64,000 nucleotides of DNA from an uncultured Candidatus Saccharibacteria bacterium (GCA_964368945.1 CAYJDM010000001.1:42474-106473); one strand, 5' to 3'; positions 1 to 9,041 are shown, counted from the stretch's first letter. Translations and numbers: made by a program. Notes: generated from the letters alone by a model not told the origin.

Positions 1-596
1 ATCTTGATCTGCCTCTTCTCGATCAATATGTCGGCGGTCTTTCGCGTCATCTTGTGGATATGCGAGAGGTATTTATTGATGCGCATAGGGAAAGGATTCT
101 CCGGCTCGATTGGAGATCCATGTCCGCGCGCGAATGAATTGCCGTGGAGGTTGGCATGCTCCGATGGCGTCGATGTCTGAGCGGCAGGAAAAGCAGGATT
201 GATAGACGCGTTTTCATCCTGGTCTGCGCCCATGGGGTTGAAGGCAGAGCGGCCTTTTTTGGTAAAGGTGATGCGCGGCTGGGGCTTGGCATTCATTTTG
301 CTTCGCTTGCCGGGACCGCCTTTGGTTCGCTTTGGTCGGCTGAAGTTTTTGCTAGTCGGGGCGGCTTTGCCGTATGGCATAGCAGGTTTGCCGAATCGTC
401 GTTCCTGAGGCTTTGCAGGGCCTGCAGAGGTGCTTCTAGAGGCTGTTTTTGGTGCTCCGTATGCCTTTTTTGTACCAAACTTTGACGGGCTTGAGGATGC
501 GCCGAATTGCCTTTTTGGTCGTGCGCTAGGGGATGAGGCAGGGCCTCCTTCGGATCGAGGGCCTCGCGGCGCTGAACCCGGTTTTGATGAGAATTT
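1..596 (-). CDS. Pseudouridine synthase (RsuA/RluB family), partial. The S4 RNA-binding N-terminal motif MRINKYLSHIHKMTRKTADILIEKRQIKI begins at 86. The same frame stays open upstream to an ATG at about 596, giving a K/R/P/G-rich extension of about 170 aa. The gene continues past the window start.
   Basis: Translating the minus strand gives a canonical S4-domain start (MRxxKYL...G-x-v-xV). There is no stop codon between 599 and 84 in that frame. An AT-rich promoter-like segment lies immediately upstream of 596. The small overlapping ORFs in the track (47..292, 144..485, 199..408, 293..478) look like artefacts of this region. Confidence 0.45.
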
Positions 597-707
597 CATA
601 TATGTTTTGTTCGAAAATCATCATAGCATAGGTATTGCTATTGTGCTAAATGTATTGTGCTTAGTGATCAAATGTAATTGACATTTTCTATATAAAATTG
701 CAGTATA

Positions 708-1028
708 TTGACGCACATCAAACCCGCTCTTTACTTAATTATGACAACGACAACACCTGAAGAACTCTGGAATTCACTCACGGGACCTGAACGGATAGCT
801 CTGTTCGTGCTGACCGATGCTCGGACTCGCCGCGATACGGTCGCGTACCGGGAGGGCGCTGCGATCAACTCCGTAATGACCCTTAACAGAGGTCTCGAGA
901 CTTTGGATTATACGGCGCTTTTCCCTGATGCACAGCGATATCTCATTCGCGTCGCGGGAGAGATCCCTATCGGGAGATTCGATCTGCTGTACCGGAAGCT
1001 CATCAGTGAATTGCAAACCAAATCGTAA
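708..1028 (+). CDS. hypothetical protein (106 aa)
   Basis: ORF followed by an intrinsic terminator; no recognisable domain. Confidence 0.4.
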   Translation: MTHIKPALYLIMTTTTPEELWNSLTGPERIALFVLTDARTRRDTVAYREGAAINSVMTLNRGLETLDYTALFPDAQRYLIRVAGEIPIGRFDLLYRKLISELQTKS

Positions 1029-1050
1029 ACCCCCATCAACTCAATACAGG

Positions 1051-1085
1051 AACCCACTGTCTGAGATGGTGGGTTTTTGTTTTTC
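1051..1085 (+). terminator. rho-independent terminator (aacccac...gtgggtt followed by ttttgttttt)
   Basis: GC hairpin followed by a T-tract, directly after the 708..1028 ORF. Confidence 0.5.
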
Positions 1086-1129
1086 TAAAAAGAGTCGTAT
1101 CACAACGTTTGGATATATAATATGTTCAT

Positions 1130-1417
1130 ATGAAAAAAGTCCGCACCGCCGCTGAAGTGATTTACTTCGCGCAGATTCCGAATATCGGTCCCGCGATGAT
1201 TCGCGACTTTGAAATGCTTGGCATCACAAAGCCGGCGGATCTCAAGGGCAAGGATGCTTTTACCCTTTATCAAAAAATAAATAAGAAGACAGGCATGCGG
1301 CATGATCCATGCGTCCTCGATACGTATATGGCAGCGGTGGATTTCATGAATGGTGGGCCTGCGAGATCGTGGTGGAAATATACGAAAGAAAGAAAGGCGA
1401 AATATCCTAATATCTAA
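1130..1417 (+). CDS. helix-hairpin-helix DNA-binding protein (Cdd1 / pathogenicity-locus family-like)
   Basis: 95-aa protein containing IPNIGPAMIRDFEMLGITKPADL and HDPCVLD motifs typical of small HhH proteins. Confidence 0.5.
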   Translation: MKKVRTAAEVIYFAQIPNIGPAMIRDFEMLGITKPADLKGKDAFTLYQKINKKTGMRHDPCVLDTYMAAVDFMNGGPARSWWKYTKERKAKYPNI

Positions 1418-1501
1418 TCCGCTTCGCATCCGTATGCAATGTCTTCATCGCATCTTCATTTCTGCGGTTGCTATCTCATTTCGTGGGAGTACAATATTCA
1501 T

Positions 1502-2263
1502 ATGACATTATTTGGAAAAACGATTTTGACCATTATCATTCTTGCCATAGTCGGCATTGGCGCATACAGCTATGCGACAAGGCCTCTCGCGGCACCATCT
1601 CAAGATCTGACGGCAGAGCAGGCGACGACAACAAATTCTGGAACAGATGCATTGCCAGGCAGCTCCGATGGGCAGCCGGCCTCTTCGACCGTGGCGACTT
1701 CTACCGGAACGGCAAGCGTTGCGACATATAAGATCGCAGCAGGAACGAAAGCCGAATTCAATATCAATGAGGTCTTGCGCGGCAGCCCCTTTCTCGTAGT
1801 TGGTACGACAGCGGATATCGCCGGATCTGTTCAGGTAGATCAGGCCAAGCCTGAGGATTCCGTCATTGGCACTATCAAGATCAATGCTCGAACGCTCAAG
1901 ACCGATAGCTCGAGCCGAGACAATGCTATCGCCCGATATGTTCTCAAATCCGAGGATGATGCAAATGAATTCATAGTATTCGAAGCAAAGGAAATCACAA
2001 ATGTCCCAGCCGATGCTGCGGCCAAGGTTGTTGCAGGTCAGGCCGTGACATTCAAGGTTCGTGGAGATTTGACGATTGCGGGCATTACGAAGAGCACGGT
2101 TTTTGATGCGAATTTCACTCTTGCCAAAAACGGCCAGATCACAGGAAACGCTCAGGCTAAGATCAAGCGGTCAGATTTCAAGCTGGTCATTCCAAATATC
2201 CCATTCGTAGCGAATGTGCCTGATGAATTCCTGATCAAGATCAATGCGGTTTTGGTTAAATGA
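1502..2263 (+). CDS. YceI-like family periplasmic protein
   Basis: N-terminal TM/signal segment starting at MTLFGKTILTIIILAIVGIG, then a YceI-like pattern (KAEFNINEVLRGSPFLVVGTTADIAGSVQVD ... RDNAIARYVLKSED). Start placed at the internal ATG at 1502. Confidence 0.5.
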   Translation: MTLFGKTILTIIILAIVGIGAYSYATRPLAAPSQDLTAEQATTTNSGTDALPGSSDGQPASSTVATSTGTASVATYKIAAGTKAEFNINEVLRGSPFLVVGTTADIAGSVQVDQAKPEDSVIGTIKINARTLKTDSSSRDNAIARYVLKSEDDANEFIVFEAKEITNVPADAAAKVVAGQAVTFKVRGDLTIAGITKSTVFDANFTLAKNGQITGNAQAKIKRSDFKLVIPNIPFVANVPDEFLIKINAVLVK

Positions 2264-2284
2264 TATAAGGAATAATCATATTGT

Positions 2285-2605
2285 ATGAAATTAATTGAAT
2301 TAATTGGATTTTTCCGCAATGGTGGCACATATAGTAAATTTTGTAATGAGAACTCGCTAGATGCAAAATCGGAAGTGATTGAAATTTATGCTGAATTGCC
2401 TTTAAATACGGAATCACACATTCGTTTTTTGCCCATCGAAGAATCCAAAGGGGCGAATAAGATGAAGATCGAAGGGATCGATTGCATCAATCTATTCGAT
2501 TTCTTTTATTTTCAAGATGTTATTTCTGATGCAAAGAAGACCCCTGAAATAAATGATCAGGATTTGGCAATCAAATTGATGGATTACGCCATTAAAGACG
2601 CCTGA
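2285..2605 (+). CDS. hypothetical protein (106 aa) in an AT-rich segment
   Basis: ORF with visibly lower GC than its neighbours; no recognisable domain. Confidence 0.4.
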   Translation: MKLIELIGFFRNGGTYSKFCNENSLDAKSEVIEIYAELPLNTESHIRFLPIEESKGANKMKIEGIDCINLFDFFYFQDVISDAKKTPEINDQDLAIKLMDYAIKDA

Positions 2606-2624
2606 CTATTGAAAGCCCTTTAGC

Positions 2625-3227
2625 TTACTCGCACTTTCCTTCAGCTGCATTCACTGTAACTGAGGCGAATCCTGCAGACTTGAAGAGAAGCTCTAGCTGC
2701 TTCTTTGCATTCTCGGTTGCCTGAGTCAGGATTCCGCCCGCGCATGCTGCTTTGCCTATGGCGTCCTCGGCTTCCTGTCGGGCATTTGCCTCGATATTGA
2801 GATCGCCCTTCGTGAGGAGTCCTTGTCGTCGATCGAATACTTGCGTTGCTTCATTGTCGAGGATGACTGAGAAAATCTGCGGAGCGGGGAGATTGATCGT
2901 GATCGCATTGCCCGTACCCTGGAAGTTTTCCGCCTTGAGCTGCGTAAAATCGAAGCCGGCGATTACGTCGCCATGCGCGACGAGGAGGATTTTATCCCCA
3001 AATAAAAACTGCCGGATCGCTCCATAATTCGTGCTCGCCTCGATGATTTTGTCGATGCTGAATTGCGCAGTCTCGAATCGTCCGAGCGCCGTGACCTGCG
3101 TGATGACGGCTGCGCGCTCCGTGCCGAATCTGAGGTCGGGTCTTTTGACCAGCCAGCCCTGCACCGTGAAGATCACGATCAAGGCGATGATAATTCCCAC
3201 AAGGATGTATATAAGTCTTTTTCGCAT
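2625..3227 (-). CDS. DUF4230 family membrane protein
   Basis: Start at MRKRLIYILVGIIIALIV, a single N-terminal TM and DUF4230-like architecture. The longer ORF reaching 3290 is an upstream extension that runs through the promoter region. Confidence 0.6.
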   Translation of the reverse strand: MRKRLIYILVGIIIALIVIFTVQGWLVKRPDLRFGTERAAVITQVTALGRFETAQFSIDKIIEASTNYGAIRQFLFGDKILLVAHGDVIAGFDFTQLKAENFQGTGNAITINLPAPQIFSVILDNEATQVFDRRQGLLTKGDLNIEANARQEAEDAIGKAACAGGILTQATENAKKQLELLFKSAGFASVTVNAAEGKCE

Positions 3228-3247
3228 AGACGTATTATACATTATGC

Positions 3248-3386
3248 AAGCTTTTTGATGCATCGCACAGCATTTGGTATTTTCAAACATGCATGAGGTC
3301 TTTTGATGCTACTAGCCCTAGCCCATAGTCCGAATCCATCTCACATAGTTGTGCGATGCATCAAAAAGCTCATGCATGTTTGAAAA
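3248..3386. promoter_or_regulatory. Divergent promoter region carrying interleaved inverted repeats and six ATGCAT sites. Segments are A (3248-3269), B (3280-3297), rc-A (3350-3370) and rc-B (3369-3386).
   Basis: aagctttttgatgcatcgcaca and ttttcaaacatgcatgag each have an exact reverse complement about 100 bp downstream, in the same order (A B A' B'). The set overlaps the -35/-10 region of the 3402 gene (TGaTATAAT at 3391-3399) and the upstream region of the DUF4230 gene. Confidence 0.45.
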
Positions 3387-3401
3387 GAAATGATATAATG
3401 C

Positions 3402-6400
3402 ATGCATATTATGCCAAGCCTCAAAGAGTACGTTCTTACCCTAAAAAAATACAATCCGAAGACAGAGGATCGGCTGCTCAAAATCTATCTCCTCAAAGCG
3501 GGCTGGCCTATTTCTGATATAGAAACGGCCTTTGCTGAATACAATGCCGGCCATACATCAGGAGCGCCCATGCCTTCTCAGGCTGCGTCTGTTGCAGTGC
3601 CTGCGCCGGTTGTCTCCGCAATTCCCGCAGCTACCGCGTCAAAAATACCGACTTCAACTGCTATAGAAGTTGCCGCTCCTGAAATCGAGCCTGCGCATAT
3701 AGCAAAACCGATGCAACCGACTCCGACTCCGACTCCGACTCCGCCTTCGGCTTCTTCTTCAAAGCTTCCGCCAATCACTGCCGGTATAAATAGGCAGCCG
3801 TCGCCAGCTTCACCATCTCAAATAGAAATCGCGCCGCGCGAAATTTCTCCCGTGACGAATGCGATTCCTGTCGTCGGTACGAGCGCTTCGATTCCTGCCG
3901 GTATTCCGACAACGATAGCGCCTGTCACAACGGCTGTGGACATAGAAGTCCAGAGCAATGAGCCGATGGGCGGATTTTTATCTCCTTTTCCAAATACGCA
4001 AAATGCGCCATTGCCAAAAGAGCCCGAAAACGCGCTTCCTATAATTGATGGCAGCATCGATCGGGATTCATATGGAAAAATAATAGTGCCCGGAGAAAAT
4101 GCGGCGGCGGACAGCGGCATTCTCCTCAAGACTCCTACGGTTGCATCGATCGAGATCCTGACCGCGCTCGCAGATGGCGATGCTGCGAAAGTCCCTGGCG
4201 ATCCCATGTATGTCATGCCGGATATAGAGCGAGATCTCGCAGCTCCGCATGCATCTGATGCTCAGAATGATTTTAAGGAAAAAATCTCAACAGCGCCTTC
4301 CGAACATATTTTGGTATCCACGACGGCGGAAAGAGAGGTGGTGGATCCTGCGAATATGGCAGGCACTGTCATCGATCAAGCTCGAAGGCAATTTGCCAGC
4401 GAGGATATGGCGGCCAATCAAAGCGCTGTCATGCCAGCTGTCGCAGGTTCTCCGTCTGCATCCGGAGCGCGGTCGGCAATGATGGCCTCTGATTCGCATT
4501 CGGCATTTGCCGGCGGCGGCCTTGCATCAAATCAATTCACATCATCTGCCGATGTTCTCAATGGCATGTCTGCTGCGGTGCCCGCATCGACCGCGCCCGC
4601 CGGAATGGATGGTGCTGGATTGGCAAGCGGCCCCATGATGGCCGATGCATCCATAATCGCGCAGGATCCCGGACCTCAGCCAATCGTTGCTCCTATAAAA
4701 AAGAAAAAAAGCCATTTGAAATTATTCCTCTGGCTCGCCCTCATTCTCGTCCTGGGCGCTTTGGGATATGGATATACGCGATTCGTCCATGGCGTATATC
4801 TTTTCGTGAACCCGCCGGTTGGCCGCGAAGAGGTTTTGACATATATGACGAATTCGGCCGCCGCGCTTGAGACGGCTGAATATACGACGCAATTCCATAT
4901 GAGGGTTGCGCCGCGAGAACCGGGATCCGAAAGCATTGATTTGAATTCGATCGGCCTTGATCCGACCCTTCTTGCGGGAGGCATTTCTACCATAAAGGGT
5001 TCTTCGACTGCGCCGTTGACCGCTACGACTGCCGTGGCCACGGACGAGTCTGCAGACGCCGGATCTGCCACGGATACAGAGGATTTCCTTGCGGCATTTC
5101 CGGCAGATGCAAATATCGATGTGACGGTTAAGAGTTTTTATCAAAAGAATCGCGATGCGAGCGGCAATGCTGAGATTAAGAGCGATAATGCATTCCATCA
5201 TCAGGGAACATATTCGGGCGAAGGCGTGACAGCGAAGTTCGATGTCGAATCCGTAATCAAGGGCGGCGTCACTTATGTCAAAGCGAATGAATTCCCGCAG
5301 ATGCTGCTGGATATAGAGCCGGTAAAGGGCAAATGGATTTCGATTCAGAAGAGCGATGAAGATCTGCTCAAGAATGTTTTTCCATGGCTTTCGCTTTTCT
5401 CTCCGCTTCCTTCCGTCATGCCTTCTGCTAATGCTTCTGCTTCCACGACCAATGCCTCAGGCACGCCGATCATGGCCGCAAGCATGGGCTCTCTCGGCGG
5501 CGTGACGAATCTGACCAAGGGCTTCATATCGCCTCGACCGGCAAATGCCGATAAGCAGATCGCCCGGCTCATTTCCATAGCGGATGATGAAAAAGTCCTG
5601 CAGGTCATCGGCGATCCTATAAAGAATATTCAATCTGGCTCTGCTTGGTATATGCCGAAGCGCGTGACATATGTATATAAGGTCAAGCCGGATCTGGCGC
5701 AGTTCCTTGTTTTCATCGATCGCGCGAATACTATCCTGCAGAATGAATTCGGCACTTCGTCGATCATGGCTCTGACAGATGCCCAGAAAGCCGAGATCAA
5801 TGGCCCTGCTTTTGCCAAATTCTTCGAATATATGACGAATAATGGCCGCTTTGCCATCGAGGTCGACAAGTATAAGGCATTGGTCGGTTTTGAGATCAGC
5901 ATCAATGTCGTCTCCGAAACGAAGAGGACAGAGATCGGCGCGCGAATTTCTTTGGATAAAATAAATGACCGCATCTCTATCGAAGCTCCGAAAGCCGATC
6001 TTGATTTCTCTGATGCGTATACGCAGATGACTGGCCAGACGAGGGAGGTGATGGTGCTCAGGAATACCGCGCATGTCGTCGAGGCGATCAGATCCGCTCT
6101 CGCTGAATATCAGGCCGCGCATGAAGGGGCATTGCCAGATGATCTGATGGCTCTGCTCGCTGATCCTGCGGGCATCAAGGCCTTTGCTGCCGAGCCTGGC
6201 CTGGATGATAAGAATCTGCTTTCCTTGTATCAGTATAAAAAAATGCCGGCCACTGGAAATGGCAGCGGAAGCAAACAGGGATATCAGCTCGTCTACCAAA
6301 TCGCTCTTCCCAAAGTGCCAGAGCAATTCTATGAACTGCATCAGAACCTGATCGGATATGATTCTGCCAGCGCGATCTCTGCGGGCAGCGAGCGAAGCCT

Positions 6401-6641
6401 GCAGTATCTGAAATTCGTCAATGGAAAAAATACCGCAACCGAAAAAGTCTTGTCAGTCGAAGCAGAGGCGACGAAGCGATTGGATAGCGATAAGGATTTG
6501 ATCACCAATGGCCTCGAGCAATATATCGGGACGAATATTACCAAAAAAGATACGGATGACGATACGGTGGGCGATTATGATGAATTGCAGAAGGGTGGTA
6601 ATCCTAATGGTCCTGGTTCATGGGCAGTATTCCAAAAATAA
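3402..6641 (+). CDS. Large hypothetical membrane-anchored protein (1079 aa). It has a small N-terminal domain, a P/T/A/S-rich low-complexity region that includes TPTPTPTP, a single TM helix near aa 430-455, and a C-terminal region of about 620 aa.
   Basis: Uninterrupted 3.2-kb ORF. A KKKKSHLKLFLWLALILVLGALGYGY transmembrane segment is present. No recognisable catalytic motif. An alternative leaderless start at ATG 3411 lies 11 nt downstream of TATAAT. Confidence 0.6.
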   Translation: MHIMPSLKEYVLTLKKYNPKTEDRLLKIYLLKAGWPISDIETAFAEYNAGHTSGAPMPSQAASVAVPAPVVSAIPAATASKIPTSTAIEVAAPEIEPAHIAKPMQPTPTPTPTPPSASSSKLPPITAGINRQPSPASPSQIEIAPREISPVTNAIPVVGTSASIPAGIPTTIAPVTTAVDIEVQSNEPMGGFLSPFPNTQNAPLPKEPENALPIIDGSIDRDSYGKIIVPGENAAADSGILLKTPTVASIEILTALADGDAAKVPGDPMYVMPDIERDLAAPHASDAQNDFKEKISTAPSEHILVSTTAEREVVDPANMAGTVIDQARRQFASEDMAANQSAVMPAVAGSPSASGARSAMMASDSHSAFAGGGLASNQFTSSADVLNGMSAAVPASTAPAGMDGAGLASGPMMADASIIAQDPGPQPIVAPIKKKKSHLKLFLWLALILVLGALGYGYTRFVHGVYLFVNPPVGREEVLTYMTNSAAALETAEYTTQFHMRVAPREPGSESIDLNSIGLDPTLLAGGISTIKGSSTAPLTATTAVATDESADAGSATDTEDFLAAFPADANIDVTVKSFYQKNRDASGNAEIKSDNAFHHQGTYSGEGVTAKFDVESVIKGGVTYVKANEFPQMLLDIEPVKGKWISIQKSDEDLLKNVFPWLSLFSPLPSVMPSANASASTTNASGTPIMAASMGSLGGVTNLTKGFISPRPANADKQIARLISIADDEKVLQVIGDPIKNIQSGSAWYMPKRVTYVYKVKPDLAQFLVFIDRANTILQNEFGTSSIMALTDAQKAEINGPAFAKFFEYMTNNGRFAIEVDKYKALVGFEISINVVSETKRTEIGARISLDKINDRISIEAPKADLDFSDAYTQMTGQTREVMVLRNTAHVVEAIRSALAEYQAAHEGALPDDLMALLADPAGIKAFAAEPGLDDKNLLSLYQYKKMPATGNGSGSKQGYQLVYQIALPKVPEQFYELHQNLIGYDSASAISAGSERSLQYLKFVNGKNTATEKVLSVEAEATKRLDSDKDLITNGLEQYIGTNITKKDTDDDTVGDYDELQKGGNPNGPGSWAVFQK
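3715..3743 (+). repeat. Short tandem repeat (ccgact)x4 encoding (TP)n within the 1079-aa gene
   Basis: ccgactccgactccgactccgact visible in the sequence. The repeat is in-frame and a candidate for slipped-strand length variation. Confidence 0.5.
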
Positions 6642-6754
6642 TGCCGTCTGCTTTGCCTGACTGGACAAGCTTTGTAAATATGGTTCAATAATATCGAAAT
6701 AGTACAGATTCTCTGGCTTTTCCAATCAACCCAAACCCAAGCACTGCCATATCC

Positions 6755-7054
6755 ATGAATACGATCTATCTCAATGCTCTGGCTGCCGCCATCATTGCCG
6801 GCACCGAAGTCGCTCCGCATCATCTCAGATCTCTCTGCCGATTCGGGCAACAGCATGCTGACCGAATGAACCGAGTTGTTATCGGCGATATCGTCCAGTG
6901 CCAATCTTGGAATGGGACATCCATCGAACGAGGGCCCGAACCCATCCTCGGCAATGCCGATGAAGCCGAATACGTGATCGGGCAGATCCGTCTGCTTTCC
7001 GGCACGGTCTGGACTGAGGTGGAAGCGGAATTGTCTGCGCCCATTGCTGCCTGA
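6755..7054 (+). CDS. hypothetical protein (99 aa)
   Basis: Codon usage resembles the host (atc/ctc/gcc rich). A terminator hairpin lies about 40 nt downstream. Competing antisense ORFs overlap, so the call is weak. Confidence 0.3.
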   Translation: MNTIYLNALAAAIIAGTEVAPHHLRSLCRFGQQHADRMNRVVIGDIVQCQSWNGTSIERGPEPILGNADEAEYVIGQIRLLSGTVWTEVEAELSAPIAA

Positions 7055-7097
7055 GCGCGCTTTCGATTATATGCGCCGGAGAATATGTTATGCGAAA

Positions 7098-7127
7098 AGC
7101 CGTCCACCCCTGGACGGCTTTTTTCCT
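7098..7127 (+). terminator. rho-independent terminator (gccgtcca cccc tggacggc followed by ttttttcc)
   Basis: Perfect 8-bp stem followed by a T-tract. Confidence 0.5.
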
Positions 7128-7168
7128 TAGGGAAATGAGGTTTTCCACAACTTTCTTTGCATATATTC

Positions 7169-7197
7169 TTGACGGTGAACCATGGTTCACTTATACT
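7169..7197 (+). promoter_or_regulatory. Sigma70-like promoter TTGACG-17-TATACT. A perfect 16-bp palindrome GTGAACCATGGTTCAC fills the spacer and acts as a Cheo-type LexA/SOS box (GAAC-N4-GTTC).
   Basis: -35 at 7169-7174, palindrome at 7175-7190 and -10 at 7192-7197 are seen directly. GAAC-N4-GTTC is the established Gram-positive-type LexA operator core. lexA lies 350 nt downstream on the same strand. Confidence 0.6.
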
Positions 7198-7249
7198 ACA
7201 AACATACAAATTTAGTATAAGTAACGCCGAAAGGCACCACAAAGAAAAT

Positions 7250-7447
7250 ATGTCAAAAATCAACCTTATGTACATGATTAATAAAGAGATCAAATTCCTT
7301 AATAGCAAGATCGACCGCAAGATCGTACGAGGCATCTCATATGAGCGAGAGGCACGAAAGCATCGGGAATTGGTCCACAAGCTTCGCAAATTGGAGAGCG
7401 AGGCATCTATGGCTCGAACATTCTCATTCGCACATTTCCTATTCTAA
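7250..7447 (+). CDS. Small basic hypothetical protein (65 aa) downstream of the SOS-box promoter and upstream of lexA
   Basis: ORF MSKINLMYMINKEIKFLNSKIDRKIVRGISYEREARKHRELVHKLRKLESEASMARTFSFAHFLF in an AT-rich segment. Weak call. Confidence 0.3.
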   Translation: MSKINLMYMINKEIKFLNSKIDRKIVRGISYEREARKHRELVHKLRKLESEASMARTFSFAHFLF

Positions 7448-7544
7448 TTCGGAATAATCCGTTGACTCGGAACCGGCTGGCCTGGCAGTCCTGACATACG
7501 AGCCTGGCGAGTCAGATACAGTGATATACTAAAACCACAAACAA

Positions 7545-8138
7545 GTGAACAATTCATTCGAGGAATATAAACATAAGATCTCAGACTTTTGCCGATCCAA
7601 TCGGCGCGTGCCTGGGTATCAGGAAATTCAGCATCTTACAGGATTCAAATCCAAGAATGCCGTTTTCAAATTGATCGGCAAATTGGTTGATGATGGTCTT
7701 TTTGAAAAAGACAGCCGCGGGAAGCTTTCGATGAAGGCTTTGTTCGGCGAGGTGCCCATGCTTGGTGTCGTAGAGGCGGGTATTCCGACTGCTGCTGAAG
7801 CCAAGACTGATTTCTTGGACAGCACGAGCGTTGAAGAATTCCTGCTCGGCGATATGAAGGGCGATACATTCATGCTGGAAGTAAAAGGGGAGTCGATGAT
7901 CGATGCGCATATCGCGGAAGGCGATCTCGTTCTGGTCGAGCGCAATGAAAATCCAAAGATCGGCGATATCGTCGTCGCTCTCGTTGATGGAGGCTGGACG
8001 CTCAAATATTATCGCAAGGATAAAAATGGCCAGGTCTATCTGCAGCCTGCGAACGAAGCATTCAGCGATATTTATCCTGAATATGAAATGCAGATCGCGG
8101 CTGTCGTGCGCGCTGTCATCCGCAAGTTTAAAAAATAG
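7545..8138 (+). CDS. lexA: LexA repressor (S24 peptidase). GTG start, with a TGaTATACT extended -10 box 14 nt upstream.
   Basis: N-terminal winged HTH (GYQEIQHLTGFKSKNAVFKLIGKLVDDG), an Ala-Gly cleavage site (VEAGIP), the Ser nucleophile in GESM and a Lys in the TLKYY context. Confidence 0.9.
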   Translation: MNNSFEEYKHKISDFCRSNRRVPGYQEIQHLTGFKSKNAVFKLIGKLVDDGLFEKDSRGKLSMKALFGEVPMLGVVEAGIPTAAEAKTDFLDSTSVEEFLLGDMKGDTFMLEVKGESMIDAHIAEGDLVLVERNENPKIGDIVVALVDGGWTLKYYRKDKNGQVYLQPANEAFSDIYPEYEMQIAAVVRAVIRKFKK

Positions 8139-8178
8139 CACCATCTACGCAGCAAAATTCACTCTTTTAAAAAACTAA

Positions 8179-8210
8179 CCCCTCCACCTATAATGTCGGT
8201 GGAGGGGTTT
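8179..8210. terminator. bidirectional terminator hairpin (cccctccacc ... ggtggagggg)
   Basis: 10-bp perfect stem flanked by T-rich sequence on both strands, between convergent genes. Confidence 0.5.
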
Positions 8211-8234
8211 GCGTATTGGTGGCTCAGGGACATC

Positions 8235-8438
8235 CTATCGGGTGCGACGGTCAGCGTGATTCACGATGAGGGTCCACATAAGGATCCAGGCCGTTAGAGA
8301 TCCGAAAAACCAGGTAAACCAAAATCCGATTGGACCGGCTGACATCCCAGAATAATGCCTCAGAACCGCACCGGATGCGATCATGATGACGATAAACGAG
8401 ACAAATAATAGGAGCGCGACGATGGGTGTGAGTTTCAT
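8235..8438 (-). CDS. small membrane protein (67 aa, two TM helices)
   Basis: Hydrophobic ORF. A terminator lies downstream on the minus strand. Confidence 0.4.
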   Translation of the reverse strand: MKLTPIVALLLFVSFIVIMIASGAVLRHYSGMSAGPIGFWFTWFFGSLTAWILMWTLIVNHADRRTR

Positions 8439-8537
8439 GGCGGATATGCGGGTTTGCGGGTCGGGGTTGTGTTCGGGGTTCTGCCGTTAAGGTTACGTCA
8501 ATTTTTGAGAAAAGGCAAAACGGATTATAATTGCCAT

Positions 8538-9041
8538 ATGACAATCGCTAAAACCTCGAAAACCCCAAAAGGCGAGAAAAACTACTGGCTCCTCAAATCA
8601 GAGCCTGATTGCTATTCGATCGATCAGCTCAAGGCTGATGGCAAGACGCCTTGGTCGGGCATTCGCAATTATCAGGCGCGCAATTTCATGCGGGATGGCA
8701 TGAAGGTCGGGGATCTTTGCCTTTTCTATCATTCGAGCACGGCTTCGTCTGCGGATATGGGAGTGGTAGGCATAGGCAAGGTGGCGTCGAAGGCGTATCC
8801 GGACCCGACTGCTTTTGATAAAAAAAGCGAATACTATGAGCCTAATCCAAAGATCGAATGGGCGAATGTGGATATCGCATTCGTGAAAAAGCTCAAGCGA
8901 ACAGTGACGCTGAAAGAGATGAAGAATGACCCCGCCCTCAAGGGCATGATGCTGGTGCGTCCTGGAATGCGCCTCTCGATACAGCCGGTTTCGGAAAAAG
9001 ATTTCAACCATATTGTGCAAAGCTCATCTGAAATCGTCTAA
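8538..9041 (+). CDS. EVE-domain (PUA-like) protein
   Basis: NYWLLKSEPDCYSI...GIRNYQARNFMRDGMKVGDLCLFYHS pattern typical of EVE domains. Start taken at ATG 8538. Confidence 0.7.
   Translation: MTIAKTSKTPKGEKNYWLLKSEPDCYSIDQLKADGKTPWSGIRNYQARNFMRDGMKVGDLCLFYHSSTASSADMGVVGIGKVASKAYPDPTAFDKKSEYYEPNPKIEWANVDIAFVKKLKRTVTLKEMKNDPALKGMMLVRPGMRLSIQPVSEKDFNHIVQSSSEIV

Noticed and set aside
144-485. Plus-strand ORFs of 113 aa and 69 aa and minus-strand ORFs of 81 aa and 61 aa at the window start
   Set aside because: They lie in the GC-rich segment that is open in the pseudouridine-synthase frame, and their translations are not protein-like.
3709-3745. Tandem ccgact repeats considered as a CRISPR or other array
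   Set aside because: This is an in-frame hexamer microsatellite encoding TPTP inside a CDS. No spacer-repeat structure was seen anywhere in the window.
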